Source: Candidatus Bathyarchaeota archaeon (GTDB lineage: Archaea; Thermoproteota; Bathyarchaeia; Bathyarchaeales; Bathycorpusculaceae). From it: a stretch of DNA of 64,000 bases. The notes beneath the pieces are model-generated. The model was not told where the DNA came from. It saw only the letters and a program-made list of their open reading frames with translations, and ran no database searches. Positions 51,893 to 62,202 of the stretch are shown in pieces; position 1 is the stretch's first letter, and each line of letters begins with the position of its first letter. Where the stretch lies: positions 1,376,001 through 1,440,000 of the forward strand of contig OY969706.1 in NCBI GenBank assembly GCA_963702095.1. Direction: 5' to 3'. Both the position numbers and the translations under genes were made by a program.

Positions 51893-52249
51893 GTGACTCC
51901 GATTAAAGCCCATGTAGGCTCCAAAAAATCGAGCGCAAAAACAAAAAAGAACGATTTACCAATTGAGGCTATATTTATACAAAACACTCAAAGAAGGATC
52001 ATCGAAGCTTATTTGCCTATAATAATTATGACCCGCTTAAAAGAAGCGAGCATAACTAGCGCAAGTGACATAATCGCAACAGTGAAGAATAGATATAGCA
52101 TCCAAATCAGCCCAGGCACCGTATACCCAGTGTTATATAAACTTGAGAAAAGTGAATATATTGCGAGAGTCCCGCAAAGGTATAAGCAGATCTTCATTTT
52201 AACGTCTAGGGGGGCCTCTATCGAGACTCTAAGTGATTCATTTCAATAA
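51893..52249 (+). CDS. PadR family transcriptional regulator
   Basis: ISPGTVYPVLYKLEK..YI; F.LT.RG. Confidence 0.75.
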   Translation: MTPIKAHVGSKKSSAKTKKNDLPIEAIFIQNTQRRIIEAYLPIIIMTRLKEASITSASDIIATVKNRYSIQISPGTVYPVLYKLEKSEYIARVPQRYKQIFILTSRGASIETLSDSFQ

Positions 52250-52315
52250 AAATTATAATCGAGAAAAAAACGTTTAAGGTGAACCTAATCTATGCGTAGA
52301 GAAAACAACATTCTT

Positions 52316-52534
52316 CTAAATACTTGACTTCTTGCGAGACAAAATATCCGAGACGAGCGCCGCGATAAAGATTAGAACAGTCAACGCTATTAATCCATAG
52401 AAAAATGCCGTAGGACTAATAATATTATTAATTACAGTAAACCAAAGCGCTATAATAGTGGTGACCTGCACAATGAAAAAAAGTATCAATTGCTTTATTT
52501 TACTTGAATAACTATATCGAATATCCCTGTCCAT
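52316..52534 (-). CDS. Small two-TM membrane protein (72 aa)
   Basis: Two hydrophobic helices and a basic tail; divergent from 52680. Confidence 0.6.
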   Translation of the reverse strand: MDRDIRYSYSSKIKQLILFFIVQVTTIIALWFTVINNIISPTAFFYGLIALTVLIFIAALVSDILSRKKSSI

Positions 52535-52679
52535 AAAAGCATAATATTTCCAATCAGTTTAAAAGCTTTACCCTAAAATCAAAAATCGAAAAAATGAATA
52601 AGCATATTAAATTCTTGAATTGAACTAAAAAATAGAGCTGAGTAAAAAAGCGCACAAAAAATGACAGGGATTGAAAAGA

Positions 52680-54293
52680 ATGAAAAAAATCGTATTTGTA
52701 GCAATACTCACAACACTTCTAATAGTTGTGAGTCTCTTTCCAGCAATGACAATTAACGGCGATGTCGGGACCACCACTAAGGAACAGTGTAGATGCCAAC
52801 TTGAGAGCGCCTTCATCAACTACTTGCACCAAAACAAAATACCTGTAACTTCACAGCAACCATCAAATTTGACTTTTAGAAACTTCATTAACTCCAATTC
52901 CGAATTTAGAAATCTGCTTGAAAAATACACTAACTTTACAAAGGCAGAACTAAGTGCAAACTTAAAAGAGAATAGCCCCGATATTTCTGCTGCTCAATTG
53001 ACGCCCATCAAAACAGTAACGGCCACAGTCGCGGAAAAAACCTATAACGTTAGCATTAGCCAAGGAAGAACTGGTACAGAGGATTTCACCAAAATAGACT
53101 TTTGTGGCGGTGGGGTAGACCCTTGGATCTACATTAGCGTACAACCATTAACCGCTGGCTTCTTCAACGGTCTCTGGGTCTATAACTATGGGGAAGTAGA
53201 TACAGTAATTTATCATGTATACAGTAATGAAACAACCAACTTCTTAACCCAATTTTACAACACTCTCTACGGTACGGCCGCATTAAATGCAGTTTATTGG
53301 GCCTTGGCGGGAATTGGTGTTACCGCAGCTGCAGCTCTTGCAGGTGTTCCATATTCGGCGGCAATTGGAACTGCAGTTTCCGTTGCAGGAACCTCTGCTT
53401 CTACATATGACATTCAATGTCTTATTGCCGACACTAATCTTGCAGTCGATAACTCACAACTAGATCATGGATTGAAAATAAAAATTGAGAGCACATACAT
53501 TACTCCTTGGGCAATGCCAATTGTACTACCCGACCTAGCTGTCTATGCCTGGCATTTTGGAGACAATTCGTGGTACAAAACTTTTCCAATGACGCCCTAC
53601 TGGACCTTTACGAACGTGGTTGTCGAGGAAATGCTTGCCTATGAAATAAAGCAAGTGGTTCATGGAATCGGCGATCACACGCCTATAGGCTACGACCACT
53701 GGACTTGGTTGAACGACCCACCGCCGGCTGGATCACCCCCCACTACAGCAAACGGAATATGCAATGTTGGAGTAAACAGCTATGACACTTACAGCAGCCA
53801 ATACATTAATGGCGCCAATGTTAATTTGGACGGTTATTCGGTTGGAACAACAGGTTCTGCCTTCCCAATAACCCCTGAGCAGCATGAATTTCACCTGCCT
53901 CAGTTCGCACTCTACGATAGGCTGTTCTATGAGTACCAGGGATATGAGCAACTTGGAGCAGAGCAAACATTAACAGTACAAATCTCTACTGACACAACAA
54001 TCACAGGCGACTACAGTGTTCCATACCAAGTAACAGTCGATGTTTGCGGAACCGACCAATACAGCCAGTTCTGGTATAACAATTTCGGTTATACTCCAGT
54101 ATATTCGGATGGTCACTTTATCGGAAATGCGCCGGGAACGTTCACACTTGCAGGGCCACACGCCATCTCAGTCGATCCTCAAATTAGCGGGTTCTATCTT
54201 CCCACAACTTTCCAATATTATGATCCAAGCAACTACGTTACGGGATCCTCTTCCTCTACAATAAACGTATGGTATTGGATTTGGACATTTTAA
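52680..54293 (+). CDS. Secreted hypothetical protein with internal Gly/Ala-rich hydrophobic hairpin and beta-rich C-terminal modules
   Basis: Signal peptide MKKIVFVAILTTLLIVVSLFPA; GTAALNAVYWALAGIGVTAAAALAGVPYSAAIGTAVSVAG; PPPAGSPP linker; repeated V..DG..(V/I)G modules. Confidence 0.75.
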   Translation: MKKIVFVAILTTLLIVVSLFPAMTINGDVGTTTKEQCRCQLESAFINYLHQNKIPVTSQQPSNLTFRNFINSNSEFRNLLEKYTNFTKAELSANLKENSPDISAAQLTPIKTVTATVAEKTYNVSISQGRTGTEDFTKIDFCGGGVDPWIYISVQPLTAGFFNGLWVYNYGEVDTVIYHVYSNETTNFLTQFYNTLYGTAALNAVYWALAGIGVTAAAALAGVPYSAAIGTAVSVAGTSASTYDIQCLIADTNLAVDNSQLDHGLKIKIESTYITPWAMPIVLPDLAVYAWHFGDNSWYKTFPMTPYWTFTNVVVEEMLAYEIKQVVHGIGDHTPIGYDHWTWLNDPPPAGSPPTTANGICNVGVNSYDTYSSQYINGANVNLDGYSVGTTGSAFPITPEQHEFHLPQFALYDRLFYEYQGYEQLGAEQTLTVQISTDTTITGDYSVPYQVTVDVCGTDQYSQFWYNNFGYTPVYSDGHFIGNAPGTFTLAGPHAISVDPQISGFYLPTTFQYYDPSNYVTGSSSSTINVWYWIWTF

Positions 54294-54485
54294 ATCCAAT
54301 AACCATCCCCTATTTTTTTCAAAAAAATCAACTATCAGAAAATAACTCTTTGCCATGGCAAACTCACTACCCAATTAGGGCTCTTTTTGTTGACGGAACT
54401 GGCTGAAGCATAAAGCTATAATGGTCAGGGCTTACCAGATTGCTTTACAGTCAAATCTTGTTTTAGTGCAATATACAAGAGTCCA

Positions 54486-54526
54486 CTTGTAGTTTGCTCC
54501 ACAACCAGTCAGCAACTTAAACTAGA
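54486..54526 (+). repeat. Internally deleted copy (E) of the ~140-bp repeat
   Basis: CTTGTAGTTTGCTCCACAACCAGTCAGCAAC (5' part) joined directly to TTAAACTAGA (3' end). Confidence 0.6.
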
Positions 54527-54688
54527 CGCAAAAGTCAAAACCCGTTGTTCTGCCATATCCTCTGGTTGTTGTTGTGTATAGGGGGTTTTCTGCAACAACT
54601 ATAGGAACAAATCGGTTGACAAAAGCGGTTTAGCGTAGAATATGACTGGATTACAAGAATACCAAGCGGAAAATAACCTGTTTTGTCG

Positions 54689-54828
54689 GTTCTGCTTGTG
54701 GTTTGCTCCTCAACCAGCCTGCAACGCCATGCAGACACAGACACAAAAAAGCAACCGCCAGCAAAGCCCACTAGAAGATGATGTAGTAGGGCAGCATTCT
54801 CTTCTTCTTAATACTAGAAAAACAAACC
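54689..54828 (+). repeat. Dispersed ~140-bp repeat, copy D
   Basis: GTTCTGCTTGTGGTTTGCTCCTCAACCAGCCTGCAAC..AGAAGATGATGTAGTAGGGCAGCATTCTCTTCTTCTTAATACTAGAAAAA. Confidence 0.82.
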
Positions 54829-54887
54829 TGCAGAGTTGCGCTAAAAAAGTTGATTTAAAATTAAAAGAAAGGGGAAAGGGTAGCTGC

Positions 54888-56403
54888 TTAAGCTATGGGT
54901 ACTAGTCCCCATGGGAGCTGATTCATCGCGGGCTGGATTAGTTGCAGTACGATGTTGGGGAATAAGCCTAAGATGAAAATGGCAGCGACGAGGATGAAGA
55001 CTGGAATGAGCACTGGGGTGTTTTCTTTGATGCGGGTTGTGATGCCGTCTTTGGGTTGTTTGCCGTACATGACGTTGACGAGGCGGAAGATGTATGCGGT
55101 TTGCAGTACGCTGGTGATTACGCCGATGACTGCAAGCCACGTTAAGTTGGCGCTGATGGCTGCGGTGAACACAAAGTATTTGCCGATGAAACCGCCCAGC
55201 GGTGGAACACCTGCGAAGGATAAGCCTGCAATAACCAAGGCTAAGCTTGCATAGGGCATTTTTTTGCCTAATCCGTGGAAGTCGTCGAGGGTTTTGAATC
55301 CGTGGTGGTTCATTATGCCGATAGTCATGAACGCTGCCGCGGTGGTTAAGCCGCCTATTAGGAAGAAGTACAGGTTGCCTGCTAAGCCGAGTTGGGTGAC
55401 GCTGGTGATGGCGATGAGGTTGTAGCCGACGTCTGCGACACAGATGTATGCGATTAAACGTTTGATGTCATTTTGTAGGAGGGCGAATATGTTGCCTACT
55501 ATCATGGTTACCGCCGCTAACGCTGCCAGCATAGGTACCCAGTCGAGTGTGGCGGGCAATATAATGAACAGCAATATTCGGATGAGGATGTAGTAGCTGC
55601 CCTGGTCGTACCAATGCGGAGAGGAAAGCTGCTGAGGGCGCCGGGGCTGCGGTGTATGCGTCGGGAAGCCAGAAGTGAAAGGGAACAACAGCTGCTTCAA
55701 TCGCGTAGCCCGCAATGACGAAGATGAAGGATATTATGAGGAGGTTTAGGTTTGCAGAGGTTATGTTGGTTAATGCGTCGCGGATAGCGATGTAGTTTAG
55801 TGTGCCTGTGATGCCGTAGATAATGGACATGCCCAACAGTACGAACGCGGAGGCGATGATGACCATGACCAGGTATTTGAGCGTGGCGTTTAAGCTAAAC
55901 GCGTTTTTGCGGTACAGCATAAGGAAAGCTGCGGCTGCTGTTGCTGCTTCCCAGAATATGAAGAAAGTTAACAAGTCACCTGAGAGTACTGCACCGATTA
56001 AAGCAGCGGTTAAGATCAGCATAACGGCTATGTATCGGTCAGAGGGACGGTCTGCTGAGTTAACGAAGAACACTGTGTAGAGTAATACGACTGTGGCGAC
56101 TGCGACAATTATGATTGCCATGTAAATTGAGATGGCGTCGATTAGGAATGAAGTTGAGATGGCGGTGTCTGAGCCAGTCAACGTCAAATTCAGGGCTTGC
56201 GGGTTAGGTGTGCTATAGTAGATTAACGTCAAGTTTGCTACGGTAAGGATTGCGATGATACATACCACAAGGACCCATGCGGCGGTTAAACCAGTTTTGT
56301 GGCTGCTTCTGCGGATTGCCCTAAAGACAGGCAGAGTCAACAATGCGGTGACAATAAGCGTGAATATGGGAAGTATTATTTCGAAGATCGTTACGGCTGC
56401 CAT
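54888..56403 (-). CDS. Antiporter-like subunit (NuoN/MrpD-like); apparent frameshift at ~55609
   Basis: FIFWE, PFHFWLPDAY..AP, DIKRLIAY, GVPPLGGF.GK; the join restores ALVDQGSYYIL. Confidence 0.85.
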
Positions 56404-56404
56404 T

Positions 56405-58001
56405 TTAGACCACTCCGAAGGTTACTGTTTGAATTAACTGCAAGAAGAACGTCGGGTAAATACCGATTATTACTACGAGAACCACCAGTACGCCTAGGGC
56501 GAATTTCATGTAGTTGGGTATATCAACGATTTTGTGCAAATGCTCCCCTATCGCAGTTTGGGTTTCTGGTTCTGCTTGTCCGCCGTCCTGAGCTAACTTC
56601 ACCAAGCTCTGTTCTTCTTTGGATTGCCCTAGGAAAACTTTGGAGACAAACCGCAGTGCATAGGCAAGCGAGAACACGGTTGCTACGAGCATCAGAATTG
56701 TGGGTACGATGTAGAAGCTGTCAACGGTTAAGATTTGGAAAGCTCCAACGAATATGAAGAATTCACTGATAAAGCATGCCAACGGAGGCGCACCTGCAAT
56801 GCTTAGGGCTGCGATTGTGCCTGACACGGCTGAGAAAGGCATTTTGCCTGCTAACCCGCCCATCTTGCGGATGTCGCGTTCTTCAGTTTGATGCATGACG
56901 CCTCCTGCGGTGAGGAAGAAGAGGCCTTTGCTTGCAGCGTGGGTAATAATATGCAGTACTGTACCAACGATTGCGATTGAAGTAGCCTCCGTAAGCAGGA
57001 CCACATTGCCGCTTGCGAGTGCCACTGGGAACAGTGAGAGCCCAAACATGATGTAGCCCATGTGTGCGATGCTGGAGTATGCGATGACACGCTTTATGTC
57101 ATTGGCAACTAGCGAGAGTAGTGAACCGAAGAATGCGGTGATAACTCCAATTATGGATAATGCATAGAGGAAATTGGTACCAAACGCCGCGCCGACGCCT
57201 ATGAATGTCATACCGAAGGACATACGAAGGATTGCGTAAGCTCCTGCGCTGATGATTACTCCGCTAAGCAAAGCGGACATTGGAGCGGGGGCCTTCAGAG
57301 TGTGCGTCAGGTAGCCACATATGGACAGGAAACACTGCCATCTTCACTGCGAATCCGCCTGTTAGAGCAATTAGTATCCACTTTGCGGCTTCGGGCATGT
57401 TCTGAGCAAAGAAGGTCTGTGCCGTGAACATGTCTGTGGATCCAGTTATGTAGTAGGTTGCTCCAATGCCTAAGAGGACAAAAACTGCGCCTGCATGGGT
57501 GAATATGAAGAGTTTCAGCGCGGATTTGTAGCTGTTGCGGTAACCCCATTCTCCAACTATAAAGTAGGCGGGGACCAGCATGAGTTCCCAGCAGAAGTAG
57601 AACAGTATCATGTTGCTGGTTAAGAAGACACCGACTAAACCGACGCTTAGCATGCAGAGCAGTGCGTAGTAGGAGGGGAGGTTCTTTTTGCCTGCCATGT
57701 AGTTGATTGAGTACACTGAGGCTAAGGAGATGAGGACTAAGCTGATTAAGGCAATTGAGACGCTGATGCCGTCAACGTATAGGGTGAAGTTTGTGGTGAT
57801 TATGTCAGGGATCCATGTGTAGCTTTCAGTGTAGCTGCCCTGGGAGAGGACGCTTGGAATTGTGGTGGCGATTAAAGCCATGCTTATCACTGCGAGTAGA
57901 GCAACAAAGATTGCTGCTGCCTTAGTGGATTTCTTTCCTGTCCAGTACACAAAGGGGATGCTTAGCGAGAAAATAGCGAATACAGCGAGTAATGCGTACA
58001 T
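56405..58001 (-). CDS. Antiporter-like subunit (NuoM-like); apparent frameshift at ~57294
   Basis: FCWELM, KMAVFPVHMWLPDAHSE joined to APAPMSALLSG; DIKRVIAYSSIAHMG; HAASKGLFF. Confidence 0.88.
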
Positions 58002-58004
58002 TTC

Positions 58005-59943
58005 TTATGCTCCTGTGCCTAACGTTAAGATTATCAATATGACGATGAGGATGAAGCCGACGACTGCCGCGGCTACATAGTTTGTAAAGGAATCCGAGGG
58101 TCCCTTCTTGAGTCCCATGGCTTTGCCTGGTTGCGCTGCTTCAGCGATGTCTGCGCCGGCTTTGTCGGGAACGCTGGCGAAGAAGTAGTTTTCAAAGCGG
58201 GTTAATGCAGCTGAGAAGCCGTTGATGCCTCTGCCGATGGCGTAGTAGAAGTCATCGAGGAAATATGCGTGGCCCAACAGGAAAGTTAAGGGGTTTTTGC
58301 CTGCGGCGACTTTGCGCAGGGTGTTAAAGTTCTTGTAGTATGTCCAGTATGCCAAAAGGAAAGTTGGCAGCAGCAGCAGCATGAATATGGGGAACTCTGA
58401 GGTTGTGAAGGCAGCGATTAAGCTGGCGCCTTCAGGTGCTACAGCCATGAAGCTTGTGATTAGTGGCTCAGCGAGACCCCAAGCTATGCATAATCCTGCG
58501 AGGACGCCTGCGGGTATAAGCATTACCCAGGGGGCTTCGTGAACGTGTTCTTTTTGGATGTGTTCGGATGGTTTGCCCATGAAGACTAAGCTGAACATGC
58601 GGACACAGTAGGCAAACGTGATTGCAGCCGACGCATACAGGATGATTAACTGGATTAAGCCCGATGTAGTAGCGACTTCGCCGACGCTTGTTAAGATTAA
58701 GCCTTTACTGAAGAAAGCTGCAAACGGCGGCAAACCGCTAGTGGTGATAATCATGATTGTCATTAAGGCAAATGAGACAGGCATGGCTTTCTTCAATCCG
58801 CCCATCAACCGCATGTCCCGTGTACCCAAGGCGTGGATGATGCCACCTGCCAAGAGGAATCCAAGGCGCTTCGAAGAACGCGTGGCTAACCATGTGGAAG
58901 ATGCTTGCGAACCAACCGGTGGAGTCGACAACTAGGGTGGTGGTCGCCATAGCTGTGCCTAAACCAGCCATCATGAAGCCGATTTGGCTCACGGTGGAGT
59001 AGGCTAGGACTCCTTTGATGTCGGTGGTCATTAAACCCAAGGTTGCGCCAATAAACGCGGTTATTACGCCGATCCAGGCGATTGTGGGGAACCAAGCGAT
59101 CTGTAACGAAGCGATGACAGCTTGTGAAGCAGCAAAAATGAGAATAAAACGGGAGAGCAAGTAGATACCTGCTTTGACCATTGTGGCAGCGTGCAAGAGA
59201 GCGCTAACGGAGGTTGGCGCTTCCATCGCGCTGTATAGCCAGGTGAAGAGTGGGAACTGCGCTGATTTAGCGACGGCGCCTCCTAGCACTAAGAAGGCGA
59301 CCAATATCATCAGGTTCATGTCGAAACCGCCTGCTTGGATGCCGCTGATTACGCCGTGGAAGCTAAAAGTGCTAAACATGTAGAAGAGTAAACCGATGCC
59401 GGCGAGCAGGGATATGTCGCCGATGCGGGTCATTATGAAAACTTTGACACCGCTGTGGATGGATTCTGGTTTCTTGTACCAGAAGCTAATCAATGCATAA
59501 CTGCATAAGCCGACCATTTCCCAGAAGATGAACATCTGCAGCATGTTGTCGGCGATTACTAAGCCGATCATGGAGCCAATGAATAAGAGTAAGAGGTAGT
59601 AGTAGCGGGTTAAGCCTTCTTCGCCTTTCATGTAGCCCATTGAGTAAACTGCGATGATGAGTGCGAAGAACGCGACTAGACAGGTGAATATGACGCTTAA
59701 GGGGTCAACGTAGACTCCGGCGGTTATGCCGGCGGGAAGCCAAGGCACAGTGTAGTTCGCGGGGGTAGAGTTGCCCCATACGCCGGGAACCAAGGTAAGC
59801 GCTAAGGCTCCAACCACTGCAGCGATTGCCACAACAAAGTAGTTGCGTGCTTTTTCACTGTATTTTGCGATAACTGGAACAAAACAGCTTGCTATTAGAG
59901 GGATAACCCATACGAACCATGCCGAGAACTCTTGCAGTATCAT
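58005..59943 (-). CDS. Antiporter-like subunit (NuoL-like); apparent frameshift at ~58868
   Basis: FIFWEMVG, TRIGD, AKSAQFP..WL..AMEAPT.VSALLHAATMV; HAFFE joined to GLGFLLAGG. Confidence 0.9.
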
Positions 59944-60254
59944 TGTGTTTCCTCCTCAACTTCGCCTTTTTCCTGCATTTTCGCTATTATCTTACTGATG
60001 TCGCTTGTGCCATACCGTTTTGAAACTATAACGAGCAACGCCAAGATTACGCCGCTGACCGCGGTGTCAGTGGCAAACGCCAAAATCAAAAACGCCTGGT
60101 TCAAACCCGCAGAGGAGCCAAGCATCACGAAGTTCAACGTGGCTGCGGTGGCTATGAGCTCAACGGATATGAACACTTTAAGCAACTGCCGATTAGTGAG
60201 TAAACCGTAGATGCCGATGCCCAACATTACCACGGATAAAATGACAAAGTCCAT
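59940..60254 (-). CDS. NuoK-like membrane subunit
   Basis: GIYGLL......K..ISVELI; three TM helices. Confidence 0.82.
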   Translation of the reverse strand: MDFVILSVVMLGIGIYGLLTNRQLLKVFISVELIATAATLNFVMLGSSAGLNQAFLILAFATDTAVSGVILALLVIVSKRYGTSDISKIIAKMQEKGEVEEETQ

Positions 60255-60709
60255 TACTTCTTCCTCCGCTCAAAGAGCACAATGGCGATTCCCAACGCCA
60301 CCGTCAAGATGACAACGCCTTGAATCAAAACATCGACGCCGCGCAGGTTCCAAAGGGCATCGCCGACTTGGAGGCCTGTGCTCACTTCAGGCGTACTTGA
60401 AACTGAGAGGAAAATCGCTGGCAAAGAGAAGACCACGCCTGCACCAATTAAGCCGCCTACTTTTGTGGGTGAGGCTTTCTTGGTTGTTTTTTCACCTAGC
60501 ATTTCGCCTGAGAGAAAAAGGATGGCTAATGTGCCGACGCCGACGGCGAACTGGAAGATAGCGGCGTATATGGAGCCGCTTAAGGCGTAGATTAATGCTG
60601 TAAACAGGAAGGTTCCTGATAGGGCTGCTACGGCGTAGACTACTTCATCGAGGAATAATGCCAAGACAGCGGAGACTATTAAGCCTACAGAGAGGATTTC
60701 AAGTATCAT
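60254..60709 (-). CDS. NuoJ-like membrane subunit
   Basis: Five TM helices; A.FQ..VGVG..AILF; LW..R..DV..Q. Confidence 0.78.
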   Translation of the reverse strand: MILEILSVGLIVSAVLALFLDEVVYAVAALSGTFLFTALIYALSGSIYAAIFQFAVGVGTLAILFLSGEMLGEKTTKKASPTKVGGLIGAGVVFSLPAIFLSVSSTPEVSTGLQVGDALWNLRGVDVLIQGVVILTVALGIAIVLFERRKK

Positions 60710-61161
60710 TGCGATACACCATTTTTAGTTTTGTACTCTGGCTTCATGACAAGTGAGCCCTTATCGGTTGTTGCTAACTCATAGAGGTCGGATGCTTTGA
60801 TGGCTTCTCTTGGGCAGGATTCGACGCATTGATAGCAGAATACGCATTTGTTGAGGTCGATTTGGGGGCGTTTTCTGCCCTCTACTTCGACGATTTCTAT
60901 GGCTTTTGCCGGGCAATCCCGCACGCAGACGCGGCAATTAGAGCCCCGCATGGCTTTGATGTCTAATCGGAAGTCGGATCCGCTTCCGAAGTCAATTACG
61001 TTGCAGTCTTTTATTTCATAAACCAGTTTACCCCGTGAATCAGGAGGAAGCTCAGGCTTCACAAACGGGTACTTCGTAGTAGCAGGCTTAGTGAACAGAT
61101 GTGAAACCGCACGTCTAAAGATGGGGGAAATGCGGGTTTTCTCTCTCTTTTTATCAGCCAT
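60706..61161 (-). CDS. NuoI-like 2x[4Fe-4S] subunit
   Basis: T.KYP, RG; CRVCVRDCP and CVFCYQCVESCP. Confidence 0.9.
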   Translation of the reverse strand: MADKKREKTRISPIFRRAVSHLFTKPATTKYPFVKPELPPDSRGKLVYEIKDCNVIDFGSGSDFRLDIKAMRGSNCRVCVRDCPAKAIEIVEVEGRKRPQIDLNKCVFCYQCVESCPREAIKASDLYELATTDKGSLVMKPEYKTKNGVSQ

Positions 61162-62196
61162 CTAAGGTAACACTCCAGTTAACACTCCAATACCGAAGGG
61201 ATGATACACATAAGTTACCAACAGCACAGTCGCCGCAAGCGAGATCAACGCGGCTGGCAAGAGGATTTTCCAGTTGCCAGATAACACTTGATCGATGCGT
61301 AGACGAGCAACTACTGTGGTGATGTATTCACTGATGACTACGACAACGAGCAGTTTGAGCACGAACCATAGCGTATAGAATAGCCAGTCAAGTCCGAAGA
61401 AGACTGGGCCGTTTGGTCCGCCCAAGAACAACTCGACAACTAAGGCGGCGCCGAAAATCACTTGGACGTCGCGTGTTAAGTGGAGGAAAGCCAGTTTTGC
61501 GCCTGTGTATTCGGTTTCTAAGCCGCCGACGACTTCTGACTCTGAGTGGGGTACGTCGAAGGGGTCTTTTTCAAGTTCAGCTTGCATGGTAATTACGAAT
61601 AGGACAAAAGCCCATGGAGCCAGCAGTATAAAGGGCGAAAGTTGGCTGCCGGCGATAACTGAGATTTGGAGGCTACCAGCGATAAACGCGGGGGTTAACG
61701 CGAGGAGGAACAGGGGAATGTCGTAGCCTAAGAACTGGGTTAAAACTCTGGCTGAGCCAATTGTGCCATAGGGGTTGGATGATGCCCAGCCTGCGAGGAA
61801 CAAGAGAAAGTTTGCGATGGTTGCAAACGCTAATATGATAATTAAGTCGCCGTTAAAGCCGCTTCCGAGCAGTGTGCTTCCGGTTGAGAGGACACTTGCG
61901 CCTGAGATGGGCAAGAAACACATGGCAAAAACCATGATAGCAAAAGCCACCAGCGGCGTGTAGCGGAATACAAGTTTTTTAGTGTCTCTGGGTTCAATGT
62001 CTTCTTTGGTTAATAGTTTGATGAGGTCAGCGAGGGGTTGAAGTATGCCGCCTGGTCCTGCAACCATGGGGCCAACGCGGTTTTGTATACGGGCTTCAAG
62101 TTTGCGTTCTACCCAATCAACGAATAATGTTAGGAATAGGATGAATGTGAAGCCTGGGAAAACTAGCAGGCGAAAGATAAAGACGAAGTCAATCAT
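61162..62196 (-). CDS. NuoH/HycD-like membrane subunit
   Basis: ERKLEARIQNRVGP, QPLADLIKLL.KE, PFD.P..ESE..GG..TEY.G. Confidence 0.92.
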   Translation of the reverse strand: MIDFVFIFRLLVFPGFTFILFLTLFVDWVERKLEARIQNRVGPMVAGPGGILQPLADLIKLLTKEDIEPRDTKKLVFRYTPLVAFAIMVFAMCFLPISGASVLSTGSTLLGSGFNGDLIIILAFATIANFLLFLAGWASSNPYGTIGSARVLTQFLGYDIPLFLLALTPAFIAGSLQISVIAGSQLSPFILLAPWAFVLFVITMQAELEKDPFDVPHSESEVVGGLETEYTGAKLAFLHLTRDVQVIFGAALVVELFLGGPNGPVFFGLDWLFYTLWFVLKLLVVVVISEYITTVVARLRIDQVLSGNWKILLPAALISLAATVLLVTYVYHPFGIGVLTGVLP

Positions 62197-62202
62197 GGTT
62201 TA

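Noticed and set aside
4541-54828. CRISPR array
   Set aside because: No regularly spaced 25-45 bp repeats with spacers and no cas genes; the repeats are dispersed.
4520-54905. Short ORFs sharing PQPACN (4520-4723, 12103-12309, 54642-54905) as a peptide family
   Set aside because: They are translations of the dispersed repeat; indels shift the frame between copies and starts and stops are not conserved.
5373-59943. Nine split genes read as true pseudogenes or programmed ribosomal frameshifts
   Set aside because: Both halves are undecayed, several genes are core metabolic subunits, there are no slippery heptamers, and the breaks cluster at GGCC; sequencing error is more parsimonious.
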